DNA of 45,815 nt from Jimgerdemannia flammicorona (taxonomy: Eukaryota), in NCBI GenBank assembly GCA_003990765.1, contig RBNJ01000058.1, positions 1 through 45,815 of the forward strand, written 5' to 3'. The position numbers were made by a program, and so were the translations under genes. Numbering within the stretch: position 1 is the stretch's first letter; every line of letters starts with the position of its first letter. Positions 22,827-33,581 of this stretch are shown here, piece after piece. The notes below the pieces were generated by a model, which worked only from the letters and a program-made list of their open reading frames with translations, was not told the DNA's origin and made no database searches.

Positions 22827-24011
22827 GGAGCTCTACTATGGAATTATCACATACCTGGGACAGCGAAAGATGCCCCAACATCTGGAAGAATGGACACAAA
22901 CAATTATCAACAGGACATGGAAATAATTCGAAACTGATGGAGAAATACTGAAGAAGGGAAAACTACTGGTTATACCAGAACACAAGAAGGAGCAAGCGAC
23001 GAAATCAGTATATGAACTTGGCCATCTAGGAGGAATGAATACATATGACAAGGCAAGAAGAACAATATGGTGGCCAGAGATGGAGGAAGATATCAGACAA
23101 TTTGTCAAGACATGCGACAAATGCCAGAAACAGAAACAAGACCAATGGAATCAAGCCCCAGGATCAGCACACATAGAACCAGTACCATTTGCCCATATAG
23201 CAATGGATGTAATCAGCCCTCTACCCTTGACCCTGACTGGTAACCGATACATCATTGTCATTGTAGACCTTTTACGAAGTGGATTGAAGCAGGACCCCTC
23301 AAGGAAGCCAATGCACAGTCAATTGCCGATTTCTTCCACAAGGAAATCATCTGCCGGTTCAAGACCCCAACACAAGTAACTACAGATAGAGGAACAGAAT
23401 TCGTGAACCAGCTCTTTGAGGTTCTCTACAAGAAGTACAAGATCCAGCACATTCGAACCACAGCCTATCACCCCCAAGAAAATGGACAAGTAGAAAGGAC
23501 TAACAAAATCCTCAAGAATGTTATCACCAAGATCTGTGATAACTACGAGAACTGGGATCACTATCTGCCAATAGCATTATCTGCTCTCCAGGATATCCAA
23601 TCACAAAGCACCCACTTTACCCCTTGAGAAATGCTGTTTGGAGAAGAATGTTCTCAAGGAATCCTATCATCCAATAGAGATGCTGTATGGAAACATATGG
23701 ACATGGAAATACAGAGACTATACTAAATCAGAAAGAAGGCTGAGGATTACATAACCAAGGTGCAGACACTACAATGGAGGAATGCAGAAAAGACCCACAA
23801 GCCCTTGGAGATTATCAAGATAGGAGACAAAGTTCTAGTGTATCAGAATATGATAGAAGCTTTATGGTCATGAAAACTGGAGCCCAAGTGGGAAGGACCT
23901 TACCTTGTACAAGATATAAAAGGGACCACCTTTTGGCTACGAAAACTCTCAGGCACAATAATCCCCACCACCATTTACCGAAACTGACTCAAGAAATATC
24001 ATGGCCAGTAA
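22819..24011 (+). pseudogene. Integrase ORF (HHCC, DDE, GPY/F; no chromodomain), starting in the +1 frame
   Basis: MNKELYYG..GHLGG..CDKC; IAMDVI, TDRGTEF, QENGQVERTN, LEPKWEGPY; one private frameshift near 23272. Confidence 0.9.
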
Positions 24012-24462
24012 CAAAAGTACTGTGATGGCACTCAAGATCACTAGTGCTGCCCAAAGAGCCATCGAAAGACAATGGCACACCACCGAGCCTCTGACCATAG
24101 AGGCATACTATGAGGATATTCAGAGTATTGTGTAGACTCATCTCTCTCAGATCTCACACTTTAGAGCCTATCAGTATCAGGCAGAATTCCAAGAATACTT
24201 CAAGCTTGGGCAGGTGCTCAATCAGGATCCAGAAAAGACCAAGAAGGACTGGATTGCCGAGTGTCAACTCTCTCACTCACAGATCACTATTGCCAAAAGG
24301 ATCCACAAGTTATTCCAAGAAGATGAACCAGCAATAGACTATCTGAGAGAAGTAACCCCCACTGACTTTGAGAAAGTGAAGAGACACTATTGGGAAACAG
24401 TCATACAGCAAATTGCACAGTACAAGACCATACAGACAGTTGAAGCCTGGGAGTTTGAATAG
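24001..24462 (+). pseudogene. Accessory ORF3, 153 aa, unknown function (one internal TAG)
   Basis: MASNKSTVMALKITS..EYFKLGQ..AKRIHKLF..KRHYWE..QIAQYK..VEAWEFE; an equal-length homologous ORF lies at 33581-33120. Confidence 0.82.
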
Positions 24463-24499
24463 ATGCCCCAGGGATGAGACCATCTATTCAGGAGGAAGT

Positions 24500-24957
24500 T
24501 GTAACAGTACAGCCAAATTTGGAAGAAGGAAATAGGGAATAGACACTTGATTGCACCCATTCCCAAAGTAGTATAGCCTTATAGTTAGTAGTCCTTGATT
24601 TCGACATTGTCTAAATTCTTAGACATTATCCAAATTGAACACTCCGATTTAGTATAGCATTTAGACATTGTCCAAATGTTTCGACAAAGTCCAAATGACT
24701 CATTTATTACTTAGCCACTCTCTCATAGCTAGCAAACTTGTATAAATAACCCAGTATCTTCGAGTGAATAAACCTCAGATCGAAATAGTTCAAAGCAAAG
24801 AGATAGCAAAGGAACTAGTAAGCCTGCAGGCAAATACACTTCGAACTCACCCACCCTCCTCTACAACTTCAAGAGACTCTGTGAGAGTCAGAACAGTTAA
24901 GTTTTCAAGATACAGAAATCCAACGTACTTTCAAGAGTAAGCATCCACTACATTACA
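24500..24957 (+). repeat. 3' LTR family B (458 bp)
   Basis: TGTAACAG..ATTACA followed by the CTAG TSD. Confidence 0.95.
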
Positions 24958-25183
24958 CTAGCTATAAATTAAGTAGCTGTTCTAACTTGAAGTATTCTTG
25001 AAGCTTAGTCCAATTTTGGTAGGTCTTAAAGTGTGAAATTCATAACAGTTATATCTGTACTATACTTTGGATACTATTGAAGGATTTCTCTATTATGGGT
25101 AGTTTGATAGTACACCATTGTCTTTCTATGACTCATTATATAGTACTAGTGATCTTAAGAACTGTGGCCATACTTTGTTGACT

Positions 25184-28100
25184 AGTAATGATACTTCTTA
25201 AGTTGATTTTGGTAAATGGTAGTAAGGATAATTGTACCTGAGAGTTTTTGTAACCAAAAGGTGATTCCTTTTATATCTTGAATAAAGTAAGATCCTTTCT
25301 ACTTAGACTCTAGTTTTTGTGACTATGAAGCTTCTATATATTCTAATATATTAGGACTTTGTCTCCTATCTTAACAATCTCCAAAGGCTTATGAGTCTTT
25401 TTTGTATTATTCTGCTATAGTGTCAATACTTTGGTTATATAATCCTCAACCTTCTTTCTGATTTGGTATAGTCTCCATATCTCTGTATCCATATATTTTT
25501 ATATAGTATCTCTATTAGATAATAAGATTTCTTGAGAACTTTTTTTTCCAAACAGCATCTCTTAAGAGGTAAAATGAGTACTTTGTGATTGAATATCCTG
25601 AAGAGTAGATAATGCTATTGGCAGATAGTAATTTCAGTTTTATAGTTATAATAGATCTTAGTGATGACATTCTTGAGAGTCTTGTTTGTTCTTTCTACTT
25701 GTCTATTTTCCTGAAAGTAATAGACTGTAGTTTAAATATGCTGGATCTTGTACTTCTTATAGAGAACCTTAAAGAACTAGTTCACAAATTCTATTCCTCT
25801 GTCTATAGTTACTTACAATGAGATCTTGAATTAGCAGATAATTTCTTTGTAGAAAAAATCAGTAATTGACTATATATTGGCTTTCTTGAGGGATCCTGTC
25901 TCTATCTATTTTGTAAAAAGGTCTATAATGATAATGATGTATCAGTTACTAGTCAAAGTCAAGGGTAGAGGGCCAATTATATCTATTGCAATGTGTGCAA
26001 AGAGTACTGATTCTATGTATACTAATCCTGGGGTCTGATTTCATTGATCTTATTTCTGTTTCTGGAATTTATTACAGGTTATGACAAATTGTCTGATATC
26101 TTCCTCCATTTTTGGCCACTACATTGTTTTTCTTGCTTTATTATATATATTTGTTCCTCCTAGATGACTAAGTTTATATACTGATTTCATTGTTTGCTCC
26201 TTCTTAATTTAGATATAACTAGTAGCTTTCCTTTCTTTAGTATTTCTATATCAGTCTCAAATTGTTTCCATATTCTATTGATAATCATTTGTATTCATTC
26301 TTCCAGATATTGGAGCATCTTTTACTGTCTCAGGTAGATAATAATTTTATAGTAGAGTTTCTTATTCATGGTTGATTTACTAGTTGAGAGTCCTTCAGAG
26401 TATCTATGAGAGGGCATCTATATTGATATTAGTTCTTCCAAGATAGTACATGATGGTTATGTCATAAGCTTGCAACTTTATAATCTATCTGATGTAGATT
26501 TCTTTGGGTTGTCTAGTGGTCAATAGTTAAATAAGAGTGGAGTAGTCTGTCTGGATAATAAAGTATCTTTCTGTGAGATAGTAGTATAACTTCTCTATAG
26601 CTCAGATAACTGCAAGACATTCTAACTTATAGGATTCATACTCTTTTTCAGCTTCTTGAGTTTCTTAGCTGAGATATATAATAATATATTCTACTTTGTC
26701 TTTCTTTTAAACCAGGATGACTTCTAGTTCTTGGATACTTATATCTGTCTGCAGGATGAATTCTTGAGTCCTATTGGGTCTTCTAAGAATGAGTGCTTGA
26801 GTCAGCCTGATCTTGAGCTTATCAAATGCTTTCTGTTATCTGCTGGTCTATTGAAACTTAATATCCTTTTTGTTGTATTTGTAGATTGGGCTTACAATAT
26901 TAGAGAATCCTTTGATAAACCTATAGTAATATAAGGCAAGTTCCATGAAGACTTGAGCTTCAGTGACAGTAGTGGGCCTTGGATCTGCTACTGCTTAAAT
27001 CTTAATTAGATCTATATATATTCTATCTTAGTTAATAATGTGACTAAGGTAGGAGATTTTGATTTCTATAAACTTGCACTTCTTGAGCTTGATGTAAAGA
27101 CCATGTCTTCTTAGCTTCTCCATCATCTGCTGGATATATTGCAGATATTCTTTGGCTGTCCTACTATAGATAATAATATCATTCACATAAACTATCATTC
27201 ATCTTCTCATATCATAGTGAAAGATTTTGTTTATCATTTGCTAAAAGCTTACTAGTATATTATATATTCCAAATAATATTCATAGATAGATATAGGTTCT
27301 GTCTGGAATAATGAAGGCTGATTTTTTTACTTACTGCTTTAGTAAAGTCAATTTAGTAGAATCCTGAGTATAAATCCAAGATACTATAGTACTGTACTTC
27401 ATCTCCCTAAGTTATAAAGATACCCCTGATAAGGGGCAGTAGTTGGCAATTCTTTTTTGTCATCAGGTTGAGTTTCCTGTAATCAGTACAGAGCCTTGAG
27501 ACAAATTTTTCTAATTTATTTCCTTTTTTTGAGACCAATACAACTGGTGAAACCCAAGGACTACTAGCTTCTTTGATGATACTAGCTTCTTCTATCTACT
27601 TGATTTCTTCTCTGAGCCATTTGCAATAAGCTGATAGAATTGACCTTGCTTTTTGATAGATTGGTTTAGTATCTTCTATATCTATATAATAATAGTAGTG
27701 TGGAATCTTTTTCTTGATATTCTTGAAGTTTGTAGCTAAGATATTCTTAAATTTATAGAATATCTTCTTGAGTTTCTTCTTGAGTGAGAATTTATTTCTG
27801 ATAGTGTAGCTATGCTTATTTGTAGTTTTCTCCTTCTTATGATCAAGTTCTATAATCTTAATACTAGTGAATACTTCTCTTCTAGTAGATCTGAATTTTT
27901 TTTTTTTTCTTTCTATTTCCTTCAACTTCTTGACTTTTATGATCTTTGACTGAAGAACTGGAAAGATCAATATCTATATTAATTAGTTCTTCTTGATTGA
28001 AAATGGGATTGTGAGATTATAGTTTCTAACAATAAGTAGTATTTCTCTAATATAGTCTGAATCAATAACTTCTCCTTCAATAGTAATCTCACTCTTGGCC

Positions 28101-30348
28101 AGGCTGCTTCTTGTCTTGAGAATCCTGACATAGTTCTTTGAAATAATCATTTTCAGATTAGTTGCAAGCAGAGTAGTTGTCTGAAACTCCAGTATAGTTT
28201 CTTCTACTGTGGTAATATCTATTTCAGCTATATTCTCTAACTTATATTCTGGTAGAACTATATTAGGGTGGATTTTCCAAATCTTAACCTTGATTTCTTC
28301 TTCATTATCACTATTCTCTAAGAGGGCTAGTGGTTCATCATCCTCTTCCTTCTTCTTTTCTTATCTTGCCTGTTTCTTGAGAGCCTTCTGTCTTCTTTTA
28401 TAGTAAATTTTCTTGATTCTACTAATACACTGATAGCAATCATCAATATGTTTCATATAGTATATCTTGATTCCATGAGAGCAGACTCCTTGTAGTATAT
28501 ATTCTTTTATAATCCTTTTGCACTATTCTTCTTCACTAATCCATCTGACTTTCTTCTTCTTTTTCTAAGTAGTCACTATATAGGCTTCTTCTTGCTCACT
28601 TTCTTCTTTCTTCATTTTGAATAGTTCTTCTTTGTTGATATTGATGGGAATTTACATCTTCTAACCTTGGTAGATGATCTGTATCTTCTGGGTATTGAGG
28701 TTGATTATTGCTCTGGCTTTATAAAGCCACTAGTTGCTGATGAGAATATTATAGTTGATAGCATTAGTTATGATTATATCTACTGAGATGATTGCTTCTC
28801 CAAACTTGATAGAAACATTCCAGATCTTTCCTAGAGATATGGCTCTTATGTCATCTGATGTAATAAATACCAATTTGATTACTTCTTCAACCTCCCAACC
28901 TAAGTGGTCTACTGCTTTCTTGCTAAGGAGACATCCTCCTACTCTAGTATCAATGATGGCCTCAAAGATTCTATCTTCAATTTGACAAGTTGTATAGACA
29001 GAGATCTTGTAATTGTCTTCACTTTTTTCTCCAGAGTCTACTTGAATATTATTGGCCTCAGTTATCTTCTAATCTTATTCCTTGGTTGTCTCAGTAAGTC
29101 TATATCTCATTTACTGTCTGAATGTGAGTATTTCTGCCAGCTGGCTAAAAGTTATATTAACCTTTTGTTGACTGAGGTCCTTAAAGATATTATACTTAAA
29201 AGTCTTGATTTTACAAAACTTCTTCTCCTTTTCTCCTTCACTAGCTAGGGTAGTTTCTAAAATGATATCTTGGACAGTCTGTTCCAGCTCTATATCTTGA
29301 TCTATTTCTTCACCTTGGCTTTCTATAGCAGTTTTCATCTATTTTTCCATAGAGTTCTTTTTGAGTCTTCCTAGTAATCTCTTATAGGATTGCTTACAGA
29401 CATTCTTATAGACAGTCTCAGTAAAGTAGGTTTCTCATTCTTCTTCATCTGATTCTCCAATCTTCTCAAAGGTAATGGTATTGGCCTGTTCCTTGTTTTG
29501 AGTAGTACATATACTTGGCTGGGCCTTGTATTTGATTTCACTTATATATTTATATAAGTAGTGGCCTTCTTCTCTACAGGTATAGCAGATATCTCTCTTC
29601 TTATCTAAGATAGTAGTAAACTTCTGAACTTGGGGATAGTCTCTTCCTCTAATTTTCTTTATCATATCTCTTTGATAAGTAGTTATTTCAGCAAACTTCT
29701 TAGCAAGTTCCTCTGAGTTACTATTTCTCTACTATTCAGTAGTTCTTGGCTGAGGTATGTTTTAATTAATCACTATGGTAGGGATCATGCTAGTTGTCTT
29801 AGATACTTTGATTCTGACTCTAGTGATTCTTTCTATTATATAGTCTTGTAAATGTCTAGCTATTCAGTATCACTGGGTATAGGTAATCTTTTATACTAGA
29901 TTCAGAACTACTGGTGATGAGTAGATGATCAGAGCTATCTCTGGGTAGACTTCTTTTATAAAGATTACTTCTGCTACTTAATTCTGGATAGCAGTAGTAT
30001 AATCTGCAAGAATTATCTGATATCAGATTCTGGTATAGGATGTGTTTGGATCCTTACTCATTCTTTGACATATTGTATTAAGCTAATCCTTCAGAGCTTA
30101 CTTGATCTTATCTATATAGTAGATGATTTAGAGCCAGGTCTTCTGTACTGCTAGCATGGCATTGTCATTATTTCTCACATAAGTTATACTATGAATACTG
30201 CTCTTGCTAGTCCTTAGAGACTAAAGGACATGAGAGCTATCTGCTATATTATTGTCAGAGTTCTTATAGCAGTATACTACTTGAAATTATCAATAAAGAT
30301 AATGATCAATTCATCTAAAGTATATCTGTAAAATACTGGTAATCTCAT
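25184..30348 (-). pseudogene. gag-pol: Heavily mutated gag-pol and integrase of family B copy 17498-30932
   Basis: Reverse complement is colinear with 18840-24011 (for example ORFs 27596-27970, 29111-29338 and 29435-29665). Confidence 0.88.
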
Positions 30349-30468
30349 ATCTATTTTATCTAAATGTCTTAATTCAATTTGTATAGTTGTTTAGATGGTA
30401 GCAGTTGTTTGTTATTCAGCTTGAAAGTGAGGAATTTGTCTTGAATTACTAGCTAATGGACACCAAGT

Positions 30469-30932
30469 TATAATATAGTAGATATATAACTGTGTAAGTA
30501 TATCAGATTTCTATATCTTGAAAACTTGATCTTCTTTAACTCTGCAGAGTCCTCAGGATATAGAGATGGGTGAGTTCAAAGTATATCTACCTGTAGACTT
30601 ACTAGTTTCTTTACTTTGAACTATTTCAATCTGAGGTTTATTTACTCTAGATACTGGGATATTTATATAAGTTTGCTAACTGTAAGATAGCTAAGTTATA
30701 ACTATATTTCTTATGAGTTATTTTCTACAAGTATAGATCCTCTATATCTCTCAAATCTCTATAATTATAAAGATTCTATATCTGTAGAATTTCTATATTT
30801 GTAAAGTTTCTATATTTGTGAAAATATGACTACTCTTTATAAGACTATACTATATTTGAGAATTGGGTTTAGGTACTATAATCAAATGTCTATTCTTCTG
30901 ATTTATATTCCTAACTCAGATCAACTGTTACA
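30469..30932 (-). repeat. 5' LTR of family B copy 17498-30932
   Basis: Preceded on the plus strand by the PBS complement; ends ..GTTACA followed by ATAT. Confidence 0.9.
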
Positions 30933-31696
30933 ATATATATCTTTAGACTAAAATATATATACCTTCAGACTAGAATATATATATATACCAAATCAAAGAC
31001 TAAATGAATACTGAATTATATATTAGTATCTTTAGTAATAAATTGCTTCAATTACTCAATTATTATAATTAATTATATAGATAATATATTTCAATATGAT
31101 ATTAACCCAAAATATGTTTAAAAAGATATATAAATGAGATTTACATATTATATAGCCTGTACAATATATTTTTTGATATATAAAATAAAGATTTAATTAA
31201 CTATTTAGACTAGATCAAATCAGTCAGCAATAGTTCAATTTATATGCAATAGTCCAATCTTTATACAAGAGGTCAATCTTTATACTTAATTGCAAATTTA
31301 TATTATATATATCTTAATATAGTAAGACAGCAAAAGTAGTTTTTTTTTACTTAATATATTATAAACAATATACTACTAAATTTTAGAGTTCTGGTCATCT
31401 AATTTTATTTCTTATATTATATATTGGAGTCTAAACTATTATTGTTTCATCAGAAAATATATTATATATGCTAGTCTAATATATAGATCTCATTTATATA
31501 TCATTTTAAATATATTTGGAGTTATTATTCTATTAGAATATATTTTATATAATTAAGTTTATAATAATAGATCATTTGAAGCAATTTATTATTAAAGATA
31601 CTAATATATATATAATTTGGTATTCATTCAGCCTTTGATTTGGCATATATATCCTAGTCTGAAGATATATATTCTAATCTAAAGATATATATCTAG

Positions 31697-32162
31697 TATA
31701 ACATAGTGGATACTTACTCTTGAAAGTACATCAGATTTCTATATCTTGAATACTTGATCTTCTCTGACTCCTCAGAGTCCTTGGGATATAGGGGTGGATG
31801 AGTTCGAAGTGTATCTGCCCATGGGCTTACTAGTTCCTTTGCTATCTCTTTACTTTTGAACTATTTTGATCTGAGGTTTATTCACTCTAAGATACTGGGT
31901 TATTTATACAAGTTTTGCTAACTATAAGGTAGCTAAGTAATGGCTCATTTTGTAAGTACTGAATCTTTTAACATCTGCTAAGATTTTGCTGATTACAAAG
32001 ATTCTAACATCTCCTAAATCTTTGCAAATGTTAAAGTTTTTGCACTTTGCAGAATATGACTGCTATTTATGAGGCTAAGCTATATTGGGAATCGGATTCA
32101 GATACTGCAATCAAATATCTAATTCCCCTGTTTCATGTTACTAATTTGGATCAGCCGTCATA
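31697..32162 (-). mobile_element. Solo LTR, family B
   Basis: Homologous to family B LTRs, with no internal domain, and flanked by CTAG on both sides (31693-31696 and 32163-32166). Confidence 0.9.
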
Positions 32163-33119
32163 CTAGCAAAAAAACCACTTTTGCTATCTCACTATATTAT
32201 AGTTATAAATATTAATAGAAAGATTTTTTTATTACTTGAAATTGAGAGCAAAACACTATAGAGTAGTAAAGAATATCTGAAACAATATTATAGTGAAGTT
32301 TGATAATTATAGCTTAACTCAATAGTATATTATAAATTTAAATAGATTTAGATACTAGTGAGGATCAAAATGATAATAATGATAATATAACTTAAAATAG
32401 TTATATTAACATCCATAATTATCTAAATAAAATAAAAAATTTAAATTTAATAGAATTTATATTTGAGTTATAATATAATTATATATTAAAAATAATAAAA
32501 CATTATTCCAGTTTTAGCTATTATTTATGACTAGTTAAGATAAGATACTTAGTGTTGAGAAAAGATAAAAATATTCTAGTAAAATCTTAATACTGTAACA
32601 TAGCAGACACTTATTCTTGAAAGTACATCGGATTTCTATATCTTGAGAACTTGACTGTTCTGACTCTTGCAGAGTTCTTTGAGTTGTAGGTGAGGGTGGG
32701 TGAGTTCGAAGTATATCTGCCCACAGACTTATCAGTTCCTTTGCTATCTCTTTGCTTTGAACTATTTCAATCTGAGGCTTTATTCACTCTAAGATACTAG
32801 GTTATTTATACAAGTTTGCTAGCTATGAGATGGCTAAGTTATAACTATATTTTCTATAAGTCATTTCTTTTACAAGTGTTAAATCCTTGACATCTATTAA
32901 ATCTTTAACAATCATTGAAGAGTTTAATATCTGTGAATAGTTTAACATTCATGAAAACTTTAATATTTGTGAAATGACTACTATCTGGGCTATACTATAT
33001 TTGGGAATCAGATTCAGGTACCATGATCAAATGTCTTATTCCCCTGATTTATGTTACTAATTTAGATCAACTGTCACAACTTCCTCTTGAATAGGTGATT
33101 CATCTCTGAAACATCCTAT

Positions 33120-33581
33120 TTACTCAAACTCCCATGCCTCTACAATTTGTATCTCCTTGTACTGTGCAATTTGTGTCATTATGTTCTCCCAATAATGTCT
33201 TTTGATATATCCAAAATCTCCTGGGACTACTCCTTAAAAGTGGGCTAAGGCTGATTCATCATCTTTGAACAACTTGTTAATTCATTTGGCAATTATGATC
33301 TGAGTATAGGAAAGCTGGCACTCTCTAATCTAGTCTTCTTTTCCCATCTCTGGCTGTGAATTCAGTAGTTGTCCCAGTTTGAAGTATTCCTGAAACTCAG
33401 TTCAGTTCTGGTAGATCTTGAAGTGTGAAATTTGTGACAGGTGTGTTTGGACTATGCTCTGGATACTGTCAAAGGATTCCTCTATAGTAGGTAGTTTAGT
33501 TGTACACCATTGTCTTTTTATGGCTCGCTGTGTGGCACTAGTGATCTTGAGAGCTAAGGCAGTACCCCTTTGGTTAGTCAT
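33120..33581 (-). pseudogene. Accessory ORF3 homologue (153 codons)
   Basis: MTNQRGTALALKITS..EYFKLGQLL..KRHYWE..QIAQYKEIQIVEAWEFE, with transition-derived stops. Confidence 0.8.

Larger units (their letters stand above)
18262..24957 (+). mobile_element. LTR retrotransposon family B, youngest copy, nested
   Basis: 458-bp LTRs at 18262-18719 and 24500-24957 (TG..CA); CTAG TSD; PBS at 18720; PPT TTCAGGAGGAAG; retains many CpG. Confidence 0.96.
17498..30932 (-). mobile_element. LTR retrotransposon family B, older copy (host of nested insertion 18262-24957)
   Basis: LTRs 17498-17986 and 30469-30932; ATAT TSD on both sides; minus-strand gag-pol; PPT complement at 17987-17997. Confidence 0.93.
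17085..32527. mobile_element. Foldback / long-TIR non-autonomous element (~1.5 kb after removing nested LTR insertions)
   Basis: 17085-17497 is the reverse complement of 32163-32527, and 30933-~31178 is the reverse complement of ~31448-31696. The arms become continuous once the two LTR insertions are removed. TSD not resolved. Confidence 0.75.

Noticed and set aside
23880-24011. Chromodomain at the integrase C-terminus
   Set aside because: Integrase ends shortly after the GPY/F motif with no chromodomain signature.
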